Shown: positions 41,401-47,414 of the stretch, piece by piece
Layout of the letters: each line of letters begins with the position of its first letter
How positions within the stretch are numbered: position 1 is the first letter of the stretch
Assembly (NCBI GenBank): GCA_037146775.1
Contig: JBAWWL010000009.1
Location: forward strand, 4,575 to 68,574
DNA from: Candidatus Omnitrophota bacterium
GTDB taxonomy: Bacteria; Omnitrophota; Gorgyraeia; Duberdicusellales; 4484-171
Reading direction: 5' to 3'
DNA length: 64,000 nt
The notes under the pieces: model-generated
The model's database searches: none
The model's input: only the letters and a program-made list of their open reading frames with translations
Told to the model about the DNA's origin: nothing
Made by a program: the position numbers and the translations under genes

Positions 41401-42052
41401 GCATGACTTTGAGCTTACTCTCTACCACAAAGGCGCTTGAATCTTCCTGATAGACCACCGCTTTATCCGGGACAATCCAGATCTTGTTGAAGGTATTAAT
41501 CGGTAGTTCAGTGGTACCATAGAGCTGGTAGACTTTCTTGTATACCTTCTCCCAGAACTGTTTACCTAGAGGACTCTCCGGATAAGTGATAGAAGCCATT
41601 AATTGTTTTAAGATGTAGTCTTCGGCAAGTAGGTCTTTACCCAGCTCCGTAATACCCAGTTCCTGGGGGATGACTCGTTCTTTTTCATAGGGTGAGAGGT
41701 TAACCCAGAGGTCTTCTTCCGGTATGGTTAAAGAGGCCAAGAAGTGCTTGATCAGTTTCTCTGAACTCTGTTTTAGTTCTTTTTGGCTAGAAGTACTGTC
41801 TCCGCTATCTAAGATAAAGTCAAACTTGAAAGGCTCATCAGGATAGACCTTGATTCCTTTTAAGACCAGAGGGTTAAAAGCCGGGCTTACTTCCAAAAGC
41901 TGGGTGGGTGCAGGAAGAAAAGAAGCGTAGGTTTTGGGGATAGCCTTATCGATATAACCGGCTAAAGCAGTGATAAAGATCGCTGCTGCCACAAACAGAG
42001 CCACTGCCTTGAAGGGAATACTGGCGCGTTTTTGGTTAATATAGATTATCAT
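23456..42052 (-). CDS. Giant protein 1 (6198 aa). N-terminal signal-anchor, then a multi-enzyme architecture: HEVGH zincin, HD domain, caspase/CHAT-like, HEIIH zincin, GT4 glycosyltransferase, class I SAM methyltransferase, JAB/MPN-like.
   Basis: Complete ORF from the six-frame track. Hydrophobic N-terminus (AVALFVAAAIFITALAGYI). Motifs located on the nucleotide sequence: FLIAHEVGHRF (~37970-37985), AALLHDIGKAL (~34140-34165), ITFSGHA...IVFDACYAHDF (~30890-31050), LIIHEIIHTNF (~29170-29190), REGFALVPLEAASMGVPVIGSDIPG (~26350-26425), ILHVGTGSGWMVAVLADLL (~25702-25765), YHSHFKGSKYPEGPSKLD (~23967-24025). Confidence 0.9.
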   Translation of the reverse strand: MIIYINQKRASIPFKAVALFVAAAIFITALAGYIDKAIPKTYASFLPAPTQLLEVSPAFNPLVLKGIKVYPDEPFKFDFILDSGDSTSSQKELKQSSEKLIKHFLASLTIPEEDLWVNLSPYEKERVIPQELGITELGKDLLAEDYILKQLMASITYPESPLGKQFWEKVYKKVYQLYGTTELPINTFNKIWIVPDKAVVYQEDSSAFVVESKLKVMLEEDYLALKNNLNNQEYSTSKIKEDKVKALNKVSSEVLKELILPEIEKEVNQGKNFAPLRQVYNSLILSVWFKKQLKESLVGQIYVNRKKTKGIDTPDKQIKEKIYKQYLSAYRQGVYNYIKDEFDTNTQQNINRRYYSGGCDFTKASSALTITNDPSRVISSNRGKSFNLEVMLETGVDGFEEKVENLSDGKSISSPLSADEVKPESFLSSLFDRLTGGKKKRAHEERVQQEERIRLAKDQLQKRFARFSQDFLSIPVRERYRAYIVAGVWLEELSRTEGIDTIEITERTRRVIDERYSDGFFFGLIQAAIRNRISTNSRVVIGFNDFEAAVIRLHEALKRNGIVGRRTIATHDAIVNICEIAFQRNIYDSDILESAVEAYELSPEGFSAMVDAGVPINELMEIGQFYRNSSALGDFALGKFKQGQRPKEIARELYRALGELHNDNNQLQEAFPGEAVTYVPAKMSSFSSQEFIRDAISRRFILPVRSLSATAREILNVYGVDSNDANIYLIPVRCAPSRNIMHNRAIATKFTRNGKPCAFVFKGTGLADEQEFARGMGIRAPFRKGNPPSVLRGGNLIQENLAYVGAAGWLRSKFYEYFDGDDPVFAELKNQGLSREAAEMFLEPGAQFQPLMLPVALVGRKETEGLWPGVAEGLTVDRELCLVEADKVLKGSGIPDNLVNEMEILLYQIGIPERIEELSLDPEYRRGRKRQWKKEAYRYREFFQYQGLDIGSSSDRRRLLKEMVLRNLALLRILWKEGYTATSRYGTIVGQQNSNPLFSFDPDTISKATIRKQASDVSNLLDILAMVAYAFEVWSYDEGVFRVINSNGGTYIEFSSGIPEEIQLAIDTLRNMSPEVFKAFLRGNFDQVDIFGNTIGSDYSPQAHYAESELFALEYNAYSPYLGVTPPGGGIDSTPNILQQTSQRVEGSTVTNVVTSKVGSPQNVALDKKGDVKPGTAASPLTMPENKQGSIDVKVDRPAVSSAVEKKEEAVIEKKMGSEVRESLQTRSTVSERLEEYFSERYAAAYTYISREQFAEWHRRLEGRFQAVTQAAERLHFSPLPHAIGIDTDYISTSPGALEEHVKSVTIELGDGIKVSLPRLPESAEYVGNERLWIVLVTPEAVRALSDQALTFLIAHEVGHRFYGPSTPEIELQVDRVATDIVVSIYGWNAPVAAVNELQKAFPLSETATNTHPSGQQKIDAVAAYVGQRKAQDAERKEGETKSVVSSAVTTDANQDESINRFFDMYMEGVVAGESLSSRRLGVHVSRYPNLTTRLISALASESRTDVQLRLLAAVNNALSNSREVKLSAQEAETLVIKPLCDGNVEAAHRDLYFHVLQYALVNNPDVLSGTMKVLETIKDRDLGYKLAWEVIGEALARNHELLSEVLNALDNLRDGSNKQFISFLEFIFIKGFDRSHITITSEQTQAFDKAITRGIDLSHAYSRAIAHNPELFDLVFEKFRAVHDQTVQGTVSSPTEAAYADVLNLSLVHNTRIKPSAAQIVYLLKAAHRTQDDKVRQSVLSGALGAIRNNNYDVTLLMDETGPLVFAINEVRTGETFNFLVAALEDLISRSPQAFTLADTQVFVDMLNETTVHQRERREALVRVLQKAFSHNPGLLTVLCGEKGLSYDHDLAGVLEDAPAGDLTLIPLLVNARKTREPSRDDYDPLLTAIGRALHDNPAQLPFVVNAIRDTSGNPVCRRLAYLVPRFLEAHENLSLTREQLHTVVQAVKYSASRDNLFNERMVIHEIAGGNLAMARVAFDNELVELLVRRNEEVPSNQRIDIERFLRQIAGSFTMLLQIDREYAIGAFKEILRVAGPQGLDAFFTRLDNLLCFPGYDALVEKLIKKAAYGSSWSLLMVFLDDEYAVEGYWRMAEDINDGMLAPYLGESPILHARCLLMRGAYEELRQLVARGEVSPDQILEAFLWNKQNNIISQTSDMAQSFAGERGVLAEMTPIAQKITLPTCTFTELHNTLLDAGVVTSEAGTMALLNAQGGFRLYAHRGQRLIVPVIFDNMNNVFRGSSEHDNAEANYVTHALSTAIVHYALRGGEIKDSHGAKAFHEFDLLFLELIGHKYRAVDTAVTLAFCYVNSPEADRANRDNAVPLPECARKRTQRIDQDTIANSVQKVMVWELAEKRAKQNIYKILQWIAQGRLSKSAIAQARAALEREVNNLRPNDEGGICGLRPAYFQTLFGYLDAQFLDRFQARLEADYQPGQDNQGLLQGLLAEVLVDREVVKATAYNATPIKMMAHPWIGRKITLFDYLKAEVGYLDRDPTTYVYSEHDVSTVKLEDFGQVSPSAAELAVANAQETVKPEQQAIAAINNSGLSQEYKDELSRRILLDGDTRVMQLLVQVAPQLAPIATPRGGGNLLDHTLYTMNSVYEDRTIDAMSLRDSSGAAIPIKRLMVIAALLHDIGKALIRSHSEHEQASVRYIRETLSSQFSEFEINLICYLVGEDIVGRTISKAISPAEADGLLTAGVVSLGIPKGQLFELAISFYCADIGLGRFGRHVFGVGEERRINFWQGRPIIPEGKYSQLDELKKLVVGPDGSASSPAAKQAEDITVKSTASSAIASQGMKKFVADNRNNPLTLPITLVALGAKPSYLLDDSSPANAQQARQLLAHLPGGNVQEIEVTLQESDGHASQKLLFYNPQAIKTEISNHPEVYRVQDGDIITTIKKAFIDSQQGWLLGYPQAQIPAAKIEYTDSPTENWSYVEIWADGQYLFGYVVSRLPLVEMETASLTRYTQPLSELGVKKVAVIYTRSFNNQEQAQIKQFLGRSLAGRVVISSYSENLPAEKIWWLGEGKYIRITEEMLAPAAFPETIRTILARDRQRLSERLEILQADLTKGEDPGLKEEILRREINQISQELAGLERKIGEVRVSSAVSSPLNQEIPSKSIEELRREKSTYQLATIAIREDGARAQEALQAIENLLQDGYIDGVSDLKNIARNKPGLINEGTVGILEVILRKPNVTPQAISFVCETLSVIVTSGVESVVSRKATKVLLDALNTAALDRTSYDSEEIASQVYSQVARTLTEIAIYSNNTNLIDMCFDTFERVLNENRLEAHSYSIATNALLRIVRKKSDRARASTIEAFERNLNASDRGITTHSYSLRAIVDLSQERSDLIARSTVDAVKLHSEKNGDAMRALAAIGGNQYTGQYADECIDEILRVLNIEGDFTVVPVVVAAAVAAQEFARKRSGLFASPTRRQALEHAAASRQRPAAFFGEIAGVYNVLFSQHPDWAEPATVATLEGIMKRDDLANDDYATAVAALTAIRNYNRQMIKTDSLAELLLQLPFRFYGHTFIHHIVYQSQGFKTRTSHMEDEERYEVGLAVYYHLRASGIIPEEASEAEIVQAFDFIIAGRRVVQETLPDDRQSQNELYSSRRTAVNIFHEEMRAEQTRYEALQTSSDMSSGQIHSYVGGSTVPATADVITDVKDAIITHKGPLTITFSGHANREGFALSPSQIISVEELAVWLIERGNLNNVNIVFDACYAHDFVDNLNRTLHNLGVSVDITTLAIAHKNKQAVGGSLRSIERYHSAGQPFTIGQAMRAMRRSDVFIHQVANIFCPRWRLIEAGVQDPFEKRTAADESYRQLPVNVGLTGQPGQVSTGDMEVLASPADTILKETNGVNPIAFSILGSTTFDLSEQTIGIAGTTITVKPVGPRTINGLVRPADNGAMLLVNTQAFSEMLFVLNHGTRSERENYINKLFSTIPNLTGDQRVSLGRIKAHFNQAPPLSREEQNVLVSHILIHEFTECYALRTGNTRIHAHTAAMMAEAEFTQRQESAGFNVQAVRDAFAPIALLRDIRQANTYSYRYPTLQVGQETQPATASSSLQIKDSLVSSPKEDSAIASSPLAQPSRDIAAVVNIYQIMDEYLRVYEENAERVVRNDQFKQETGLDIAAMVRKFLPSSTGKPVSGKETSSVSAEQQSREELDRARARISTLKALMAEDSSPDRLGVFVRALSMVEGGAKITGKNIPAAQLPRDDQVFALHAIKAEAAQNESLQRVFNEEGVLFIPQNSWLTKLLGLRRESGMNIRLSDGNAHIDVILVNDRIVGVPNITKLIIHEIIHTNFTEGVLTVFAKSRQLWAFYHLLLEAVTEELARDVMLRIALRNKELREILGVGAEQVSEDLAEAMLNSAIYGTAEAKVAAAAGKIRNVYRNERVLLHALMKLYENWSDGYEQVVKRFLVQGDESPMKTLFADSWDLAIRIAVELLTIPERDAPYEHQQALRMFAAGINPGQISRLLPIVLKLMRLVKQTDIVPKSKKAEELSEQLTACLYEAARNVFKDFSKNEEFVLDRDGESLIEALIKSAKEVISQRTRLESTDFEVRLYGVDDAFRRSLANESGHDFASSPLEENSLSFNERGMPMNVSTERARVYHGVRGASRVGGDAIDKVKSIIRQKAIMSLKRVDLIDSQDSGIRKLMVFFYEGILRSMRPADLITLEQSNFDLRNYILLNKTSIEANTDPRARHLLGDASLTRMETYGMLNIDDVLRNYCIWVFESEQAVQGYYGREAYFEFDIPQSEFRDQRIIIGEIPLEYARRLVISDGARKEELKELLRGQGLGRIEVVVSPGFASSALTDNSAKLEETPQSKKAPSFVASSAVDSSLSQTPGLDKDFSVGTAGTLLGNDGQVKEARIAELVAHLKSLQSRPTSGTKTYLEQFSLTPTPIENSLLANRTIIQLAPDLKADGISRYAIKLIGMLAARNPGLTQVVFYPDSNKTQETKTLEIGTSKILFIPFAIEEGHELDDLENKISAYVAQDSNVELVVSHLQEYHYGVSDIVTKRNLPFLAYLHNATGFNSSEVWDAAEKYLQPYIFEKLVNNPLVRILTVNPASPEDIRQRFPNARVDWIGPLFEDNNFNSLTDLEREAVSRYLREQYFMRDDDVFILVPNSLDSRKGLPEILDALEGLQFEHFRSKKEFLSGVKVLFVGLGSEQRIHDIEQEIRRRDLTGIAYVAGAVPQEMLRFLYGRANGVLLYSRREGFALVPLEAASMGVPVIGSDIPGVRESIVDRESGLLVPWYADFEQRADALKDGLSRFMSLAPQDRLAWGRRATQHVEQFKPEEWIGRHEETYSETIQDFRQMAETTESAVSSPLAQVELSKKSNDISQSASSAVTATSSQDIFYKNVEDFLSSKKVRLEQIQSILRAMQANPRADFIDMPDIQDAYSLRLPAGYRERALPSGPYLGFVASLLNLKGDEKILHVGTGSGWMVAVLADLLNGGKNSGNGKIYTVEIDPAISRDRQALISPKYQNVEFIRGDAFSELDGIDGIKFDRIIVDGSLPGGISKSLFNRLSQGSGMMVVPVSTGNFSRQPTYAVYRVVRFGPRVFYNSFTQPGWNFEDLRAIPGDILPPEKLETVSSSVISEKTSLTDKSIVSSPIFNRETVEVSFFAQDAAEKVIEAFRDGRVVVLNLKTADAPDLNSANKEIKRTWFKKVKARIENFVHELPWLRPSGNIFGRDIRHPLREMLKNAFFWGNHFNLSLPIGLSIELNDSGKCSKVEVYDTNVVPKPLMVDVSLAHEKDIDLAGATTGTTVIQNIVRYQIFIGKVIDETIQGFKTLAVITPKESAVKKPAEHNTVGDKGTQASSVLSLMEPAKEAFHEEKVSSALNIENDPVAKIFDLRLSQPISRETEWTRIVTPAEALDFHQKWQSSSQGYYAQDYQGKTYNFPLKAWEKMVAWSGRSPDFERKGYFIARSQGDIIEIVDFIPVGSIVMSPRIDNYDKDDSDIEQVNTSGIGTFFPGGERGQILMQRYGINLVDQEILSFESVARGKPGLISMPYHSHFKGSKYPEGPSKLDRKSSKGVDFVYALDSGRGFIFDKNSPSQEVLQNLRSVATQTIGGDVGEETTKDNKTGGIDPSTLLRVNSSESKPGGIDFNPKYLELEVKGSSVKFGRFNIPFDIKKFEGFSFRIINIKAIHNLSSILKTYPVNRDEAQTQSDKVDLALVSHEKYIARKKEDRFESNLYK
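40869..42052 (-). repeat. Copy A of the ~1.18 kb direct repeat (5' coding end of giant gene 1).
   Basis: Same as above. The spurious out-of-frame ORFs 22325..22552 and 40921..41148 in the track are near-identical, which independently marks the duplication. Confidence 0.9.
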
Positions 42053-42678
42053 TTACTGATATAAATACATAATATATAGAAAAAAATAAGAGTAGATTCT
42101 ATAACTGTGCCCATAATTTAAAATATATATAATATATTTAGAAGATATACCATATAGTGATACCATTTTTTTGTTTTTTAAGACCATAGAATTTGCCCAA
42201 AAATAAGGATTTTTTGTAAACGATTACAAACTCTTATTTCGCAGTAAACGTAAAGACTTCCGTATTTTTATGTATCTAAAAAATGGGAAAAAATTGTAAG
42301 AGTGATTTTAGAAAATACTCGATGGCGTTTTTTTGCCCAAAAAGCTCTAAATACCGGCGATAATGGCTGCAATTTGAACGCACAGGAAAGAAAAGGGTAT
42401 TTTTTAGCGGAATAAAAACCATAAATTATGAATGGCTAAAAACTTCAAGAAAAGTTACGTAAAGAGAAGCGGGTTTTTCCTAAAAAAAGCGGAGATATCC
42501 TGAAAAAAATATACCGAGATATAACATGAAAGCAGTTTATAACTATATATAGATTAAGCAGTTACGAGATGTATTGTCCGCTATATGTAATACGCATTTT
42601 ATACGGTATAAAGAATCCTACGTATTACGGCTTTGACAGAAACTAAATGAGGCATGTAAGCGATGTTGGGTAAGAAAA
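42053..42678 (-). promoter_or_regulatory. A 625-bp AT-rich non-coding region upstream of the giant-gene operon. This is the presumed promoter and leader. No canonical Shine-Dalgarno sequence precedes the ATG.
   Basis: No ORF is present. The region is very AT-rich (tatatataatatattt and similar), with a long run of TA-rich sequence immediately 5' of the 42052 start. ruvB ends at 42679 on the same strand. Confidence 0.4.
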
Positions 42679-43710
42679 TCAGAAAAGCTTATCTGAGGCT
42701 TCTTTGGGGTAGGATATTTGTAAATGCTGGTAGGACAACTCTGCGGCGACTCTACCTCTAGGGGTACGGATGATAAATCCCTTTTTTAAAAGATACGGCT
42801 CTACCACATCTTCAAGCGTTCCTCTGTCTTCACCCAGTGATGCCGCAATAGCTTCAATACCGGCAGGACCACCCTGGTATAATTCGATGATCGCCTTAAG
42901 ATACTTCCTATCCAATTCATCTAAACCATTCTCGTCAATACGTATTTGGATTAGGGCTTTGCGGGTAATTTCAAGGTTAACAACACCGTCAGCGATCACC
43001 TGTGCATAATCCCTCACTCGTTTCAGCAGGCGGTTACAAAGCCTTGGCGAACCGCGGGAACGCAAGGCAATTTCCGCACAACTATCTTTATCGACAACAA
43101 TGCCCAAAAGCTCCGCGCTTCGTTGCACCACAAGCGATAGCTCTTCGGGCGCGTAAAAATCAAAGTCAAAAAAAAGGCCAAAACGGCCGCGCAAGGGGCC
43201 GCTCAATAACCCCTTTCGGGTGGTAGCGCCTATAAGCGTAAAAGGTTTAAGATTAAATTTTACGCTCTTTGCGTACGGCCCTTTATCGATTATAAAATCT
43301 ATCTGAAAGTTTTCCATGGCCGGATAAAGAAATTCTTCTACAATCTTGGAGAGCCGATGTATTTCGTCAATAAAAAGAACGTCTCCTTTTTCCAAATTGG
43401 TAAGAATGCCGACCAAATCCCCGGCCCGCTCAATCGCCGGACCGCTGGTTGACGTAAGTTTACCGCCCATTTCTTTGGCAATGCAATACGCAAGACTTGT
43501 TTTTCCTAAACCCGGAGGGCCTGACAGAAGTACATGCTCAAGCGGCTCGTCTCTTTTCTTTGCCGCAGAAATAGCAATTTCCAGAGAAGAAATAACGTTT
43601 CGCTGGCCGATGAAGTCTTTAAGACTACGGGGCCGCAGAGAAAGGTTAATAACCTTTTCCTCTTCGTTTTCCTTGAAATAGTCTACCAGTCTTTCTTCTT
43701 CTTGGCTCAT
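42679..43710 (-). CDS. ruvB: Holliday junction branch migration ATPase RuvB.
   Basis: Walker A GPPGLGKTSLA, Walker B LFIDEIHRL and the RuvB C-terminal winged helix. The track ORF extends to 43788, but the start is probably at MSQEEERLVDYF (43710), giving an ATGA overlap with the upstream scpA. Confidence 0.9.
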   Translation of the reverse strand: MSQEEERLVDYFKENEEEKVINLSLRPRSLKDFIGQRNVISSLEIAISAAKKRDEPLEHVLLSGPPGLGKTSLAYCIAKEMGGKLTSTSGPAIERAGDLVGILTNLEKGDVLFIDEIHRLSKIVEEFLYPAMENFQIDFIIDKGPYAKSVKFNLKPFTLIGATTRKGLLSGPLRGRFGLFFDFDFYAPEELSLVVQRSAELLGIVVDKDSCAEIALRSRGSPRLCNRLLKRVRDYAQVIADGVVNLEITRKALIQIRIDENGLDELDRKYLKAIIELYQGGPAGIEAIAASLGEDRGTLEDVVEPYLLKKGFIIRTPRGRVAAELSYQHLQISYPKEASDKLF

Positions 43711-44417
43711 GAGCACGTGAGAACGTTTTGTCTGCGGGCAATAAGAATAGGGCCAAAGAGTACTTTTTGAACCGCCACAATCTCGCAAAGCTTAATTAAT
43801 TCAAGAATTGCCAAGAAAATTACTACAATTTCCATCTTACTCTTGGCTGAAGAAAAAAGCTCATCGATAGCAACGGTCTCTTTGACTAAGAAAAGATGAA
43901 GTAAATCATGGATCTTCTGTTCAACGGTAAACTCATCCTTAATAATCTCAAAAAATATATCTCGCGGAACATCTTTGAGGGCAGTCTTAAATGCACTGAT
44001 GAGATCGAATATGGAGGCTTCCAGATATACCTCTTTTTCTTGAGACTGCGGCGAAGCGGAACGAGTGATATATTTAAGCCGTTCATGCTCTTTTTCTTTC
44101 AGGAATTCAGCCGCTTCTTTAAATTTCTCATATTCGAGGAGACGTCTTACTAACTCTTCTCTGGGGTCAAGTTCCGGCTCTTGCGGCTCCTCAGGCCGAG
44201 GAAGCAGCATTTTTGACTTTATGTTGATTAAAGTAGCAGCCATCACCATATATTCTGAGGCAATGTTAATATCAAGAAATTTCATTAATTCCAAAAATTG
44301 AAGGTATTGCCCAACCACCTGTGTAATCGGGATGTCGTAAACATTCAAATGTTCTTTTTTGATAAGATACAAAAGCAAATCGAGCGGGCCTTCAAATATA
44401 TCTAACCGTATTTTCAT
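43707..44417 (-). CDS. scpA: Segregation and condensation protein A (ScpA).
   Basis: MKIRLDIFEGPLDLLLYLIKKEHLNVYDIPI is a classic ScpA N-terminus. Length is 236 aa. Confidence 0.85.
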   Translation of the reverse strand: MKIRLDIFEGPLDLLLYLIKKEHLNVYDIPITQVVGQYLQFLELMKFLDINIASEYMVMAATLINIKSKMLLPRPEEPQEPELDPREELVRRLLEYEKFKEAAEFLKEKEHERLKYITRSASPQSQEKEVYLEASIFDLISAFKTALKDVPRDIFFEIIKDEFTVEQKIHDLLHLFLVKETVAIDELFSSAKSKMEIVVIFLAILELIKLCEIVAVQKVLFGPILIARRQNVLTCS

Positions 44418-44418
44418 A

Positions 44419-45405
44419 TTAATTTAGACTCATCGCCTCTTTTACTTGTTTTAAAGTTTGCGCGGCAACTCCTTTAGCCTTAGCGCAACCATCTTTTAGT
44501 ATATCATAGATGTAATCTTTTTTCTTCAAAAATTCTTTCTTTTTTTCACGCCGCGGAGATACAAACGCTATGATGTTATCAGCTAAAATCTTCTTACATT
44601 CAACGCAACCCCGCTTGGCATGGGTACACCAATCATACACCTCATTCTTTAATTCTGGGTTAAATACGCTGTAATAGCTAAATACATTACATACGCCAGG
44701 ATGTCCTATATCGTCTTTCTTTATCCGCTCTGGGTCTGTAATCATGGTAGATATTTTTTCACGTATTGCTTTGTCTTCCTCATCCAAGGCAATGTAGTTA
44801 TTATAACTTTTACTCATTTTTCTGCCGTCCAAACCTAACAGCCGAGGCGTAGAAGTAAGCAAGGCCTGTGGTTCAACTAAAGCTTCTTTATTATAGATAA
44901 AATTAAACCGCCGGACAATTTCACGGCATAGTTCTAAGTGAGGCAACTGGTCTTCCCCCACCGGAACGCAGTTAGCTTTATATAAAAGAATATCAGCTGC
45001 CTGTAGCACCGGGTAGCCTAGAAAAGCGTAAGTATTAATTTCCTTGTCTTTAAGCTGGACGAGTTGCTCCTTAAATGTCGGGCAACGAAAAAGCCAGCCT
45101 AGAGGAGCAAGAAAAGAAAGGGTCATAAAAAGCGACAGGTGTTCATCAACATCGGATTGGACAAAAATAATTGACCTGGTATGATCTATTCCGTAAGCCA
45201 GCCAATCACACACGTTATCAAAAGCATTAGTCTTCATCATAGAAGGATTCTTATATTCGCTCATTAACGCATGCCAGTCAGCAACCATAAAGAAACATTG
45301 ATAATCATCCTGCAGTTTTGTCCAGTTAGCCAATGCGCCAACCCAGTGGCCAAGATGCAGTTTTCCGGTTGGCCGCATTCCGCTTAGTATTATTTTTTTA
45401 TTCAT
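44419..45405 (-). CDS. trpS: Tryptophanyl-tRNA synthetase.
   Basis: HLGH-type motif (GKLHLGHW) and KMSKS. Length is 328 aa. Confidence 0.9.
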   Translation of the reverse strand: MNKKIILSGMRPTGKLHLGHWVGALANWTKLQDDYQCFFMVADWHALMSEYKNPSMMKTNAFDNVCDWLAYGIDHTRSIIFVQSDVDEHLSLFMTLSFLAPLGWLFRCPTFKEQLVQLKDKEINTYAFLGYPVLQAADILLYKANCVPVGEDQLPHLELCREIVRRFNFIYNKEALVEPQALLTSTPRLLGLDGRKMSKSYNNYIALDEEDKAIREKISTMITDPERIKKDDIGHPGVCNVFSYYSVFNPELKNEVYDWCTHAKRGCVECKKILADNIIAFVSPRREKKKEFLKKKDYIYDILKDGCAKAKGVAAQTLKQVKEAMSLN

Positions 45406-45470
45406 GCGTGTAAATTGGGATAGATATGTGAGGATAGCAACGTTCTTCCCGTATTCAGTGGCTACCCGCT

Positions 45471-47381
45471 TTATTCCTTGAGGCGGCGTGTAATCATTTC
45501 CTCGCTATACACATCAATAATATCGCCTTCTTTAAAATCGTCATAACCTACACCGATGCCGCACTCAACACCTTCGGCAACCTCGCGCACGTCGTCCTTA
45601 AACCGCTTTAGCGACTGCACTTTTCCCTCAAAAATGATTTTACTCTCGCGAGAAAGCTGGCAGGCTGAATTACGCACGATTTTACCCTTTTCAACAACGC
45701 AGCCGGCGATAATGCCCGATTTGGAAAGCTTAAATACAGTTTTTACCCTGGCCCTGCCCACAAAAATTCTTTTTACGTGTGGGGTAAGCATTCCTTCGAA
45801 GGCCGCCCTGATATCGTCTATCAACTCATACACTATCTGATAAACGCGCACTTCAATACCTTTCTGTTTTGCTAAATCTCTTGCCTGACTGTCGATTGTA
45901 ACTTTGAACCCTACCACGATAGCGTCGGTTACTTCCGCGAGAAGAATGTCCGAAGCGTTGATGGCGCCTACGCCTTTATGAGTCAAAATAAGTTCTACCT
46001 CTGCGTGAGAAATTTTCTTTAACGCCTCATCCACAGCTTCGAGAGTTCCCCCTACGTCTGCCTTTAGAATAACTTTGAGCTGCTTTACCTTTTCTTCTTT
46101 CATTTTCTTATAGAGATCTTCTAATTTAAAATGTACCGGGGCACTGAATCTTTTTTTATCATCTTCTTCGCGCCTTTTATCCACTATTTCCCTGGCACTT
46201 TTTTCATCCGGGACGACAAAAAACTGGTCTCCAGGGTTCGATACACCGTTTAACCCTACCATTTCTGCCGGAAAAGACGGAAACGCCTCTTGCACCGGAC
46301 GGCCATGGTCATCTTGCAGTGCGCGGATCCTACCCCAATAGTGGCCGCACACACACCAATCGCCGACCGTAAATGTTCCTTCTTTGACCAATACCGAAGC
46401 TAATGGGCCCTTTCCTTTTGACAATTTTGCTTCTATCACTATGCCTAGCGCCGGACGGGTGTAATCTGCTTTTAAATCCATAAGTTCTGCTTGTAATAAA
46501 ATCAGATCAAGCAGTTCATCAACCCCTGCTCCAGTTTTTGCGGAAACTCCGACCATGGTAGTTTTGCCGCCCCAATCTTCGCTTAATAAATTTAATTTAG
46601 AAAGCTGCTGTTTCACCATATCTACGTTCGCATTCGGTTTATCGACCTTAGTAATCGCAACAATGATCGGCACCCCGGCAACCCTGGCATGATCAAGCGC
46701 TTCTTCTGTCTGCGGCTTGACGCCCTCGTCCGATGCAACGATCAAAATAACGATATCGGTGGTAGTTGCCCCACGCGCACGCATAGCAGTAAAAGTTTCG
46801 TGGCCGGGAGTATCCAAAAAAGTAATCTTACCCTTGGGCAATTCTACCTGATACGCGCCAATATGCTGAGTAATACCACCGCTTTCTTTTTCGGCTATTT
46901 TACTTTTGCGTATATAGTCGAGAAGGCTGGTTTTCCCGTGATCAATATGTCCCATGAGAGTTACGATGGGTGCGCGTTTTTTCAGATTCTTCGGTTTTAC
47001 CTGCAAAATGACTTCTTCCGCGGTGGGTTTTTTCTTTAAATTAGTCTTGTATCTGTACGCAATCGCATGCGCAGCCTGTTCGTCAAGATTTTGATTGATA
47101 TTTATGAACTTTCCCTCTTTAAATAAATCGGAAAGAATCTCTGACGGCTTCTTATTTAATTTAACCGCCAAATCTTTCACGGAAATAGGAAAGTTCACCT
47201 CAATAACATTGTCCGTAATTTCTTTTTCCTTCAAACCTTTCACTTCGTGTTTGATAATTTCGGCTGTTTCCTTATCAACCGTCGACATGTGGCTTTTGAC
47301 AGGGAAATTGAGATTCTTTAATTTCACCATTAGCTCTTTACTGTCTATTCCCAATTCTTTTGCCAGTTCATGGATTCTCAT
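45471..47381 (-). CDS. infB: Translation initiation factor IF-2 (a short 636-aa form).
   Basis: G domain motifs [18 protein letters not shown] and ITKVDK. The C-terminal beta-barrel domains are present. N-terminus is [17 protein letters not shown]. Confidence 0.9.
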   Translation of the reverse strand: MRIHELAKELGIDSKELMVKLKNLNFPVKSHMSTVDKETAEIIKHEVKGLKEKEITDNVIEVNFPISVKDLAVKLNKKPSEILSDLFKEGKFININQNLDEQAAHAIAYRYKTNLKKKPTAEEVILQVKPKNLKKRAPIVTLMGHIDHGKTSLLDYIRKSKIAEKESGGITQHIGAYQVELPKGKITFLDTPGHETFTAMRARGATTTDIVILIVASDEGVKPQTEEALDHARVAGVPIIVAITKVDKPNANVDMVKQQLSKLNLLSEDWGGKTTMVGVSAKTGAGVDELLDLILLQAELMDLKADYTRPALGIVIEAKLSKGKGPLASVLVKEGTFTVGDWCVCGHYWGRIRALQDDHGRPVQEAFPSFPAEMVGLNGVSNPGDQFFVVPDEKSAREIVDKRREEDDKKRFSAPVHFKLEDLYKKMKEEKVKQLKVILKADVGGTLEAVDEALKKISHAEVELILTHKGVGAINASDILLAEVTDAIVVGFKVTIDSQARDLAKQKGIEVRVYQIVYELIDDIRAAFEGMLTPHVKRIFVGRARVKTVFKLSKSGIIAGCVVEKGKIVRNSACQLSRESKIIFEGKVQSLKRFKDDVREVAEGVECGIGVGYDDFKEGDIIDVYSEEMITRRLKE

Positions 47382-47414
47382 AATTTGCCACCGCCTTTGT
47401 GTTGATAGAACTTA

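Noticed and set aside
42053-42678. Mobile element or prophage boundary next to the giant genes (integrase, transposase or IS terminal inverted repeats).
   Set aside because: No integrase or transposase ORF and no terminal inverted repeats were found. ruvB abuts the AT-rich leader directly, and the flanking gene order is the conserved chromosomal order.
42770-44301. Plus-strand ORFs overlapping ruvB and scpA (42770..43009, 43002..43226, 43346..43681, 43534..43770, 43908..44153, 44065..44301) and the minus-strand 43886..44086.
   Set aside because: They are antisense or out of frame relative to confidently identified ruvB and scpA. Similar shadow ORFs over infB, nusA, ispG, rseP, dxr, the permease and cheB were rejected for the same reason.
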